Source of the DNA: Octopus sinensis
Taxonomy: Eukaryota
Assembly (NCBI RefSeq): GCF_006345805.1
Contig: NW_021823886.1
Coordinates: 1 to 21,191, forward strand
DNA length: 21,191 nucleotides
Direction of reading: 5' to 3'
The translations under genes were made by a program, and so were the position numbers. This document shows, piece by piece, positions 10,247-18,990 of this stretch. A model generated the notes under the pieces. It saw only the letters and a program-made list of their open reading frames with translations, did not search any database and was not told the origin of the DNA. The first letter of the stretch is position 1; every line of letters begins with the position of its first letter.

Positions 10247-13200
10247 TTGAATGAACTGGGGTACCGTACGAAAACGAAGGCAAAAATTGTCGTAAAACAA
10301 AATGCAACACCTGTATCTAAGCCAAAATGTAATGTATCATTTGCGACACTAAAACGGGTAAATAAGGAACTTGAAAGACTTGAAAGCCTAAGAATAATTG
10401 AGAAGATGGACCACTCAGGTTGGGAAACACCTACGGTCTATGTAAAAAAAAGGAAAATAAGAGTTTGTGCAAACTTTTCAACAGGTTTAAATGATAGCTT
10501 AATCTCACATAGCTACCCATTGCTGAGTCCTGAGGAAGTGTTCACAAAATTGAATGGAGGGAAATTCTTCTCAGAATTAGACCTCCCAGAGGCATATTTA
10601 CAAATCCAAGTAGAAGAATGCTCACATTTATTAGCCATTAATACACACCATGGCTTATTTAAATTTAAGCAGCTTCCCTTTGGTGTAAAAGTGGCCCCTT
10701 CCATATTTCAACAAGTAATGGATACAATGCTGGCAGACAGTGATTTTGCTATCACTTATTTAGACGATATCCTAATAGAAAGCAAATTACATGAACAACA
10801 TGTAGAATATGTGAAAGGAATATTCGAAAAAATATGAGAATACGGTTTCAAGTTAAGTGAAGAAAAAATGCGAGTTCTTTTTGAAAAAAAATTAAATACA
10901 GATTGGTAAATTACTAACTAATTTATATTCCCAATATACACAATGTAAGGGCCGCACTCAAAGATCTGTTAAAGAAAAATGCAAAATGGTGCTGGATTGA
11001 TAAGTGCCAGAAGGCACTTGACAAATTAAAAAACATTTTAGCATAGAACTTATTGCTAACACATTTTGATCTGAAGCTGGATATTATATTGGCTACAGAT
11101 GCAAGTAATTACCGTATAAGAGCAGTGCTTCTACACAAACAATAGGAGTAAAATGGCTATAGCCCATACATTACGATTGTTATTACCAGCAGAAAGCAAC
11201 TAAAGCCAAATAGAAAAGGAAGCATTAGCAATCATATTCAATGTGAAAAATTTCCAAAGATTTATCTATGGAAGATGTTTCTGTCTACAAACGGATCATT
11301 GCCCACTACTGTTAATATACTTTTAAAGAAGGAATACCAACACACACAGTGAATAGACTACAGCAATGGGGTACTACATTATTAAATTATGATTACAATT
11401 TGGAATATTTACTGTCAAAAAAACTAGGGCATGCAGATGGTTTGTCCAGACAGATACCAAAAACCTGTGAACCATTTGAAGATAGGGTAATTGCAGCATT
11501 AAGATAAATGAAAAATGTAATGTAGAATGTAGTACATGAATTACCGGTGACCCTTGAATACATAAAACGAAATGTGGGAAAAGGAGAAATTCATAGCAGA
11601 AATGAAAAGAATACTGTGGACAGGAAAAGTAAATAGAAACAGGATTGGTGCGAATCAAAACCAAGACATGAATCTGTACTTGGTTTGTGACGATGTACTG
11701 ATATTTGCACAGAGTAGTAATACTGCAAAAGAAAATATTAAGGGAATTCCATGTTGGACCTCCTGCTTTTATGCAAAGCTATATGTACTGGCCAAAAATG
11801 GATAGAGAAATCGAAAATTTAGTGAAAGGCTGTAGAGGATGTAACCTTGTGGCAAAATTACCAATGATAAAAAGTGAACCTTGGCCAAAAGTAGATGTTC
11901 CATGGTTGAGACTACACATGAAATTTGCTGGACCATTAAACAGTTCATACTACTTGATGGTAGTAAATAGTTTCACTAAATGGCCAGAAATTTGTAAGTG
12001 TAAAAATGCCAACCTCTTCAACTACAGCAAACTTTCTACATGAGCTTGTAGTGACGTCATATTCCAGTGTGCGCACACGCAACGTCATTCTTCAGTGTGC
12101 GTGTGCGGGGTTGGAACCTTCTGGAAAGGCATAAGGAAGTTTCCCTCATGCACATGCGCTAGAGACTGAAGAATAAATTCTATAGCGTTCCGGGACTTGA
12201 GACACGGCGATTGAAGAGAAAGGACATATATTTTGAAACCTGTGATCAGCCTATTCTCCTGTCCCAGACGCTTAGGATTTAACCTGTTCCAATGCTGCTG
12301 AATTGTTGTAAAGCTTACAAACGTTTGAATTCAGCCTTGCTGCGTTGAACTAGGTGGATACCAGCATACCATCATGTTTCATTGTTGAAACCAGAAAATT
12401 AAGAATTATATGTATTTTTTAACTTGCTTTTCGTTCCTGACTGGTAGTTTCTAGAAACAAAAAGAAAGGAAATTGTGTTGCACCCAAGTTGCACCCCAAA
12501 AGTGTAAAGAAGCAACCAGTTCCCTTTACAAGCTGTTTGCAAGATTTGGTATCCCAGATATGAGTGTCTGATAATGGAACACAATTTGTATCTTTTGAGT
12601 TTAAAAAGTTCTGTAAAACATTCACTATAGAACATGTAACTATGGCGCTATGCCATCCCAGATCTAACAAACAAGCAGAACATTTTGCTGATACATTCTA
12701 GAGAGCCCCAAGGAAGTCAAATAGGTCACAGATGAGGTAGCTCTACAACAATTCATAAAAGTATATTTTGTGACACCAAATCCAAACACACCTGCAGGTA
12801 TGTTACCTGCAGGTATGTTACCAGCAGAGTTGATGTTTGCATGGAAAATAAAATCAGTCTTCGACACATTATTACCTGGTAAGCAAAGAAAAATTGCAAT
12901 GGATAATACAGCAAGATATTTCAAAATGGGTGGAAATGTATTTGTTAGGGCATATAAGCACAGAAAACAAACTTGGGAAGATGGTGTGGTTACCAAACAC
13001 ATAGGAAAATGCTATACTTGGTAAAAGGAAGATAAGGGGTATACAAAAGACACATAAATCAACTAAAAATAAGATTTGTTGAGAGTGAACCCAAGAGAAT
13101 GGAAGAACCAATGGAATGGTTATATGACACTTTTCAAGTACCAATGCCACTGCAAATAATTGAACCCAAACACACAAGCAAAAGAAAAAGAAAATGTATG

Positions 13201-13250
13201 AAGTTCCTGGAAGTTGATGTCAAACGAAATAATATTAAATTTGTAACTTT
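10247..13250 (+). pseudogene. Gypsy pol remnant (RT, RNase H, integrase)
   Basis: RVCANFSTGL, LPFGVKVAPSIFQ, YLDDILI; LATDASNY, QIEKEALAIIF, QTDHCPL; YWPKMD..CRGC, FAGP, SFTKWPE, SDNGTQF. Multiple stops and frameshifts, and interrupted at 12047-12530. Confidence 0.9.
12047..12530. mobile_element. Solo LTR (484 bp) of a different LTR family, inserted in the integrase
   Basis: TGTA...TACA termini with a perfect 4-bp TSD AGCT (12043-12046 and 12531-12534). Removing it restores cat gag ctg ttt gca aga ttt ggt atc cca = HELFARFGIP. AATAAA occurs near 12174. Confidence 0.92.
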
Positions 13251-13331
13251 ATGAAAAAAAAAATAGGGAGGTGTAGTGATGTAAAAAATTATTGCTAATT
13301 AAAAGAAAATTACACTCCCTAAGAAAAAGTT

Positions 13332-13342
13332 AAAAGGGGAGA
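13332..13342 (+). promoter_or_regulatory. Polypurine tract
   Basis: aaaaggggaga immediately precedes the 3' LTR. Confidence 0.8.
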
Positions 13343-13487
13343 TATTATGGCGATAATACTGGAACATCCCTCCCACGTGATGAGTGGTATCTGCTAGTCA
13401 TTACAAATACTGTGACTTCAAGAAGTTGGAGTAGTCTGTTACTCATTTAGCTAACTATACTGCTATATGGGAGTGGACATTATAACA
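13343..13487 (+). repeat. Gypsy 3' LTR (145 bp)
   Basis: TATTAT (mutated TGTTAT)...ATAACA termini, homologous to 9429-9500. Confidence 0.78.
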
Positions 13488-14410
13488 GTCTGATGTTGGA
13501 TTACAACACAGAATTTTATCAGGACAAATCAAACTGACCTTGCATACACATACAACACCAAAGAAAAAGCAAGTGTATGACTGGTATATCCTGAAAAGTG
13601 ATGCAAATTTGCAGCAAATGTACAGTGTCATGGTAAAGAAATGATTTGCTGCACTACAAAATGGTTCAGAGTCAATAACTGACTTATATGAACATATCAT
13701 CACCACTAACAGGGAAGTGAAAGAACATGATACCAACAAAGAAGCACCATTCAAAGAAAAGAGTTTCAGCTGAACCAAAAGTTATCACAGCTGGGAAGAA
13801 TGTGTAAAGAGCATTTAACTGCTATCGAGAATCCTAAAGAAGAACACAGGCTGGAACGACAAGTTACCAAAGCCACTCTTCAAAATGCCTATGATACCAT
13901 TGAGGAAGTGGAACTGGACTGCATGATTGATCAAATCAAGACAGTAGAAGCAAATTCAATGCACAGGGAAAGCTGGAAATTGATTAATCTGACAAGCGCA
14001 AGGAATGCAGCAAAGTCAGGCATCATTCGTAGAAACAGCTGGGAGGTGCATGTCCAAAAGTGGTATCAACACTGAAGTCAACAGCTCTTAAGGTCTTGTA
14101 AGCAATGACAACAGCTCTTAAGGTCTTGTAAGCAATGACAATTAAGAGATTCAACCTATAGAAATATTATTATTTCTAAGTTTCACTAAAAGAGATTACG
14201 GCAGCGGTACTGGATATTAATAGTTATCGCCAAGCTAATAACAGATTCAACCTGTTTTCAACAATCTCGCATATAAAACTGGACCCTTTGATTTCGAAGA
14301 ACTTCAGAGTGCCAAGAGTAGACTGAAAGAGGGAAAAGCTGCTGGCCGTGATTGAATTCCCCCTGAAGTTATCAAGAGGTGCTATCTGGATGAAATAATA
14401 CTGGTATAAC
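13488..14410 (+). mobile_element. RTE-type LINE, right piece (endonuclease end, linker, start of RT)
   Basis: VGLQHRILSGQIKL (the SDH motif region), RLERQVTKATLQNAY, MHRESWKLIN, GKAAGRD*IPPEVIKRCYLDEIIL. Confidence 0.78.
14079..14141. repeat. Perfect 30-bp tandem duplication
   Basis: caacagctcttaaggtcttgtaagcaatga occurs twice. Confidence 0.97.
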
Positions 14411-14414
14411 AGGA

Positions 14415-15325
14415 ATACTTGGAGAATGCCTTTTTGACTTCTTATGAGGTAGGAATCAATCTGTTGCAAACAGTTTGTCTCTCTGCAAAATCACCTTTAA
14501 TAAGTGGTATACCTCAGGGCAAGGTTCTAGGACCATTATTGTTTATTATTGCTCTATCATGTATAAGCTCACAAGTGCATTCAACCAACCTGATGAGTTA
14601 TGCTAATGACAGAAAAATATCCAAACTTCAGAAGGTGCTGTTACACTTCAAAATGAGCTTAACAGGCAGATAAAAACAGTATAAAATTTAGTGCATCAAA
14701 ATTTCAGGTTCTTCATCACAGGGCAGGAATACACACAAATCATTATTTTGACACCAGCTAATACAATGATTCAAAGTACTAAGGACACAAGACATAGTAA
14801 CTATGTCAAATGATGCATATTTTATTAGCCACACCACCAAACTGACCTCTAAATGCAGGTGTCTCATAGGATTGATCCTTCAAACCATCATGACAAGAGA
14901 GCTAGTGGTTATGGAAAAGCTTAGTTTTAAGTAGATTAGATTACTGCTCACAATTTTGGTCTCCAACCTGATGTGGTCTCATGGAAAAAACCGAAGGGTT
15001 TAAAAGAACATTCACCAGTAAAATAAATTTGTTTATTTGAGTATATGAGATATACTCTCATATACATATGAAGATCTTGGAGGGGCATGTCCTAAACTTA
15101 AGCATCAGAGAATTTTAATGCTCAAACACAAGCAAAAACACTAAATTGTACCAATCGGATATTTAGAGATCCTCATTTGTTCAACTGCCTACCTAAAGAA
15201 ATCAGAAATATAAAAAGGACATCCACAGAAACATTTCATAAACTCCTAACAATGATACCAGACCAGCCAACCGTTCAAGGTTACACTCAGGGAAGATCAG
15301 CTGCTACAAACTGAGTCATACACAA
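14415..15325 (+). mobile_element. CR1-type LINE 3' RT fragment
   Basis: SGIPQGKVLGPLLFIIAL and SYANDRKI (degenerate YADD), plus C-terminal FNCLPKEIRN and IPDQPTVQGY. Similar family to 1-714. Confidence 0.8.
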
Positions 15326-15542
15326 GCTTCCAGCCATAAAGTGACAACAAATCTGATGAGTAGCTAGTGGAGTACCCCTTGTTGAGTAATTACTACTTCT
15401 GAGGTTCTCCTAGTGAGGAAACATATGTAGCCTGGATTTTACCTACTAACTTCCTACACTTGGATCCTTGGATCTTATCTTTACATATACAGTAGTGCCT
15501 CAGTTTTCAAACAACTCTGATCACAAATCATGTTTTATTTAT

Positions 15543-15551
15543 TTATATATA

Positions 15552-15592
<41 letters not shown>

Positions 15593-15617
15593 TTATACAC
15601 ACACACACATACACACA
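15543..15617. repeat. (TG)n(TA)n(CA)n microsatellite
   Basis: Dinucleotide tract left of the Tc1. Confidence 0.9.
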
Positions 15618-17020
15618 CAGGGGTTGGACAAAATAATGGAAATGCCTTAAAATTTCAAGCAAATTTATTTTAATATGGGGTAGGACCGCCTTTGGCAGTA
15701 ATTACAGCTTGACTTCTACAAGGTATGGACTCATACAAAGTTTGAATTGTTTTTAAACAGATTTTTGTCCATTCTTCATCTAAAACAGTCTCCAGTTCCT
15801 GCAGTGATGATAGTGGAGGATATTGACTCCTTACTTGTTTTTCTAAAATACACCATAATTGTTCAATAATATTGAGATCTGGGGACTGTGGTGACCAAAT
15901 AAAATGTTCAACTTCACTAGAATGTTCTTCATGCCATTCAGTAACAACTTTAGCTGTGTGAATTGGTGCATTATCATCCTGAAAGATTGCTTTTCCTCCA
16001 GAAACAGTTCTGCAACCATAGGATGAATATGATCAGATAAAATGCTTAAATAATCTTAACTATCAATTCTGCCATGAAAAGAAACAATTGGACCGGCAGA
16101 TTTCCAAGATATAGCCCGCCAGATCATCACAGATCCTCCTCCATGTTTAATATGTTTTGCTAAAATTGCCGTTTCTTTTCAGATATAAGAAAAAGGTAAT
16201 TAAAATTCATTAAAATGACAGATCTATCGGACTTTCAAAGAGGTCAAATTGTTGGTGCTTGTAACAAAAACAGCCAAAATGTTTGGCCACTCAAGAAGTA
16301 CTGGAAGAAGGCAGTCTGGATCAGATGCTTCTTTTGGCTGTCTCCACACGTATACGCAGTTGATGGTCAGAAATAAGGTAAAGGATGACTTGTCTGATAA
16401 AATAGCATTCTTCCACTGCTCTAGGGACCAATTCTGTAGGTTTTTACTCCACTCTAAATGCTTTGCAATGTTTGTTTTTAATAGTGGTTTTATGATTGCA
16501 GCCCTCCCGTGAAATCCGGCTTTGTGCAGCTCCCAGTGAACAGTTTTTGTGGAATCTGGGTTCTCAAGGTGGTCATTAAACGCTGCAGTAAATTTGGGAA
16601 CTACTTTTGTGATCCTTTCTAACAATTCGCATAAGAGTCCGACGCTCCCTATCTGAAAGTTTTGGTTTACTTCCGGAGTTTTGTTTCGATGAAGAAGTTT
16701 TTCCCTCTTTCTCAAAGGCTGTCATTACTTTCAAGACAGTACTTCTTGAGTGGCCAAACATTTTGGCTGTTTTTGTTATGCTGGTGACTGCCATACAAGC
16801 ACCAACAATTTGACCTCTTTGAAAATCCGATAAATCTGTCATTTTAATGAATTTTAATTACCTTTTTCTGATGATATCTGAAAAGAAACGGCAATTTTAG
16901 CAAAACATATTAAACAGCACTAGTAATTAAAAAAATATGAAAATAAACAAGCTTTTGTCAGTTTTATAGATATTTCAAAATTATGATGCTAGGTGTTTCC
17001 ATTATTTTCTCCAACTCCTG
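15618..17020 (-). mobile_element. Tc1-family transposon with DD36E spacing (Incomer-like)
   Basis: 30-bp TIRs caggggttggacaaaataatggaaatgcct and the reverse complement of aggtgtttccattattttctccaactcctg (4 mismatches). TA follows on the right. About 1.24 kb once the 160-bp internal insert is removed. Confidence 0.9.
15670..16842 (-). pseudogene. Tc1 DD36E transposase pseudogene interrupted by an inverted duplication
   Basis: MTDLSDFQRGQIVGA..., ILSDKSSF, PDCLLP[insert]KHGGGSVMIW, FQDDNAPIH...SPQSPDLNIIE (36 residues between D and E), AKGGPTPY*. Confidence 0.9.
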
Positions 17021-17036
17021 TATGTATGTATGTATT

Positions 17037-17082
<46 letters not shown>
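17021..17082. repeat. (TATG)n/(TA)n microsatellite
   Basis: Dinucleotide tract right of the Tc1. Confidence 0.92.
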
Positions 17083-17088
<6 letters not shown>

Positions 17089-17243
17089 GCATGATTTATT
17101 CATGATCAGAGGTTTGTTTACTGAGGTACTACTGTATTAAATGAATATGGGAAAGACAGGAGATAGAGCACGATTTGTGATCAGAGTTGTTCAAAAACGA
17201 AGGTACTACTGTAATTATATATGTATATAGATACATACATATA

Positions 17244-17490
17244 TTGTATTTTGGGATGGTCATTTTTGTTTTTTTTTTGCCAAAGAAACACACGCACTAT
17301 AAGTTTTTTCTTCACTCGTTTATTACTGTCTTATTTTATTATTTTGACTCATGTCCATTGTCCAGAAATCTTTCGTCACACATCCGTGACCTCTTCAGCA
17401 ATACTTTTTCTTTATGTGTCTGTTTTTGCTCCACTTATTCCATTCTGCTCTAAGACGTGTATCCTTATATGTGCATGCATTTGTGTCTCT
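17244..17490 (-). repeat. Penelope pseudo-LTR copy A
   Basis: Direct repeat of 17621-17890, e.g. gtccattgtcc(a/g)gaaatctttcgtcacacatc(c/t)gtgacctcttc and ctaagacgtgtatcctta. Confidence 0.85.
17357..17404 (-). ncRNA. Minimal type-I hammerhead ribozyme motif, core intact
   Basis: The minus strand reads GUAUUG CUGAAGA G GUCAC GGAUGU GUGAC GAAA GAUUUC|UGGACAAU. It has the CUGANGA and GAAA cores, a 5-6 bp stem II, a self-complementary (with G.U) short stem III and a UUC cleavage triplet (C at 17365). Stem I is weak. Confidence 0.72.
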
Positions 17491-17536
17491 TGTGTGTGTA
17501 TGTGTATGTGTGTGTGTGTGTGTGTGTGCTTGTGTG

Positions 17537-17582
17537 TGATAAGGAAGCAAGCTTCTCAACCACACAACCAAGCCTGTGCCTA
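17537..17582 (-). mobile_element. tRNA-derived SINE head fragment
   Basis: The minus strand reads aggcacaggcttggttgtgtggttgagaagcttgcttccttatca. 26 bp are identical in reverse complement to 18869-18894. Confidence 0.7.
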
Positions 17583-17620
17583 CATATATGTATATATGTT
17601 TATCAATTCATTTTGCAAGA

Positions 17621-17890
17621 TTCCTGATGTGAAATCATGTGTTGTGTTTTGGGATGGTTATTTATTTTTTTTTTTTTTTTGCCAAATAAACACATGCACT
17701 ACATTTTTTTCTTCACTTTTTTATTATTGTTCTTTATTATTTTAAGTCATGTCCATTGTCCGGAAATCTTTCGTCACACATCTGTGACCTCTTCTGCAAC
17801 ACTTTTCATTTTTGTGTGTGTTCTTACTCCACTTACTCCATTCTGTTCTTCTAAGACGTGTATCCTTATGTGTGTCTGCATTTGTGGCCT
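17621..17890 (-). repeat. Penelope pseudo-LTR copy B
   Basis: Direct repeat of copy A and inverted relative to copy C. Confidence 0.85.
17757..17803 (-). ncRNA. Second hammerhead motif, core mutated (CAGAAGA)
   Basis: The minus strand reads GUGUUG CAGAAGA G GUCAC AGAUGU GUGAC GAAA GAUUUC|CGGACA. U4 is changed to A; the cleavage C is at 17763. Confidence 0.62.
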
Positions 17891-18355
17891 TCTTTGTTTG
17901 TGCGTGTGTCTGTGTCAGATTTTAGCAGCAGTGTGGCCTTCCCTCAGCCCCATCCTCTTACCCAATTGTGCTGCTGCTATCCTAAGATCTGGAAAAAAAA
18001 AACAGGACAGTTCCTGTATTTCTCTGTGTATGTGTGTTCGCCCATGGTGTTGCCATCATGGTAGTGGTAATTGTTGTTATTGCCATTATTGTTACAGCCG
18101 CTGCTGCTGCTGTTGTTAATCGTGTTGGCATTTCTTGTGTGTGTGTGGGTTTGCTTTGTATGTTGTATGTATCCATGCCATTTATATAGATTTGTTTATT
18201 TATCTATCTTTATAACTTGTATTTATCACAGGTATGTGACAAATAAATTTGTATTTATCTGTCTATATATTTCTTATTTTTATACATCTGCCTCTGTTTC
18301 TCATAAGTATCACAGGTAAGTGCATATATGTCTATTGTGTGTATGTTTCTGTGTA

Positions 18356-18729
18356 TTATTTACGATTTTTTTCCCTCTTTCTCTTCTCATCCCTTCTATC
18401 TTTAGCCATGTGGGTGTTACTGTTCCATTCATGTTTTCTATTGAGGCTCAGTCAGTTTACTGTTATGTGTGTAGCTTCTGTGATCTGGGTGTCGTGTCAG
18501 TTCTATGTGTTGATAATACTTTAACCTCTATGCCATTAATCAAGCTTTCATGTTCTGCCTGAGCATGTTGGTAGAGCACTGACGAGCTTTTTCTTCATTT
18601 GAGCTCTCACCAATGTTCACCTATAAGCTCTCCTATGCTGCATGCAGTCTCTTCAATGTAAATAGTTGTCATGTTTCTGCATTGTCCCTCAGTACATCGT
18701 AAGCTATACACTACATTCCTAATCTTACA
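18356..18729 (-). pseudogene. Penelope-type GIY-YIG endonuclease C-terminal remnant
   Basis: CKIRNVVYSLRCTEGQC...IYIEETACSIGELIGEHW*...SSVLYQHA...VKVL, then after a frameshift QITEATHI...LNRKHEW. These are degenerate GIY/YIG(E) motifs with Cys/His residues typical of PLE endonucleases. Confidence 0.82.
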
Positions 18730-18868
18730 GATTTCCGGACAATGGACACGAGTTAAAATAAGAACAGAAATAAACGAGTGAAGAAAAAAATATATATATA
18801 GTTTATTTGGCAAAAAAAAAAAAAAAAATGACCATCCTGAAATACAACACATGATTTCCCATTAGGAA
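18729..18868 (+). repeat. Inverted partial pseudo-LTR copy C
   Basis: agatttccggacaatggacacgagt...ccatcctgaaatacaacacatgatttcccattaggaa is the reverse complement of 17621-17769. It starts inside hammerhead stem III. Confidence 0.85.
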
Positions 18869-18990
18869 TGGTTGAGAAGCTTGCTTCCTTATCAAGTGGT
18901 CTTGGGTTCTGTCCATTGCATGGCACCTTGGGTAAGTGTCTTCTACAATAGCCCTAAATCAATCACAGCCTTGTGGTGGATTTGGCAGAC
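18869..18990 (+). mobile_element. tRNA-derived CORE-type SINE (partial)
   Basis: A-box-like tggttgagaagc, B-box-like gggttctgtcc and CORE-like ggcaccttgggtaagtgtcttctacaatagcc. Confidence 0.72.

Larger units (their letters stand above)
9429..13487 (+). mobile_element. Ty3/Gypsy LTR retrotransposon (Mag/K02A2.6-like), decayed, with an internal deletion
   Basis: Paired LTRs, a PBS-like site and a PPT. Gag-RT-RNaseH-integrase order. The interrupted LINE reading resumes after the 3' LTR. No clean TSD was seen. Confidence 0.9.
15490..17211. mobile_element. pogo/Tigger-like MITE (TA TSD) hosting the Tc1 insertion
   Basis: TA|cagtagtgcctcagttttcaaacaactctgatcacaaatc is the reverse complement of gatttgtgatcagagttgttcaaaaacgaaggtactactg|TA (17172-17211). 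A second right-end copy ends at 17134 and is also followed by TA. Confidence 0.75.
17244..18868 (-). mobile_element. 5'-truncated Penelope-like element with tandem and inverted pseudo-LTRs
   Basis: A GIY-YIG remnant (18356-18729) is followed on the minus strand by two copies of a ~250-270 bp repeat (17621-17890, 17244-17490) and preceded by an inverted partial copy (18729-18868). Confidence 0.82.

Noticed and set aside
9424-13492. Target-site duplication for the Gypsy element
   Set aside because: The flanks caagt and gtctg do not match, so no TSD is claimed.
14590-14616. CUGAUGA-stem-AGAAA hammerhead look-alike
   Set aside because: It coincides with the coding sequence of the LINE SYA(D)D motif, has a misplaced GAAA and lacks stem III/UH and stem I.
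17187-18562. Several hydrophobic Cys/Leu/Phe-rich + strand ORFs
   Set aside because: They arise from the T-rich antisense strand of the Penelope pLTRs/UTR and simple repeats.
18579-18610. CUGACGA followed by a GAGCT/AGCTC stem on the + strand
   Set aside because: No GAAA follows the stem, and it is antisense to GIY-YIG coding sequence.
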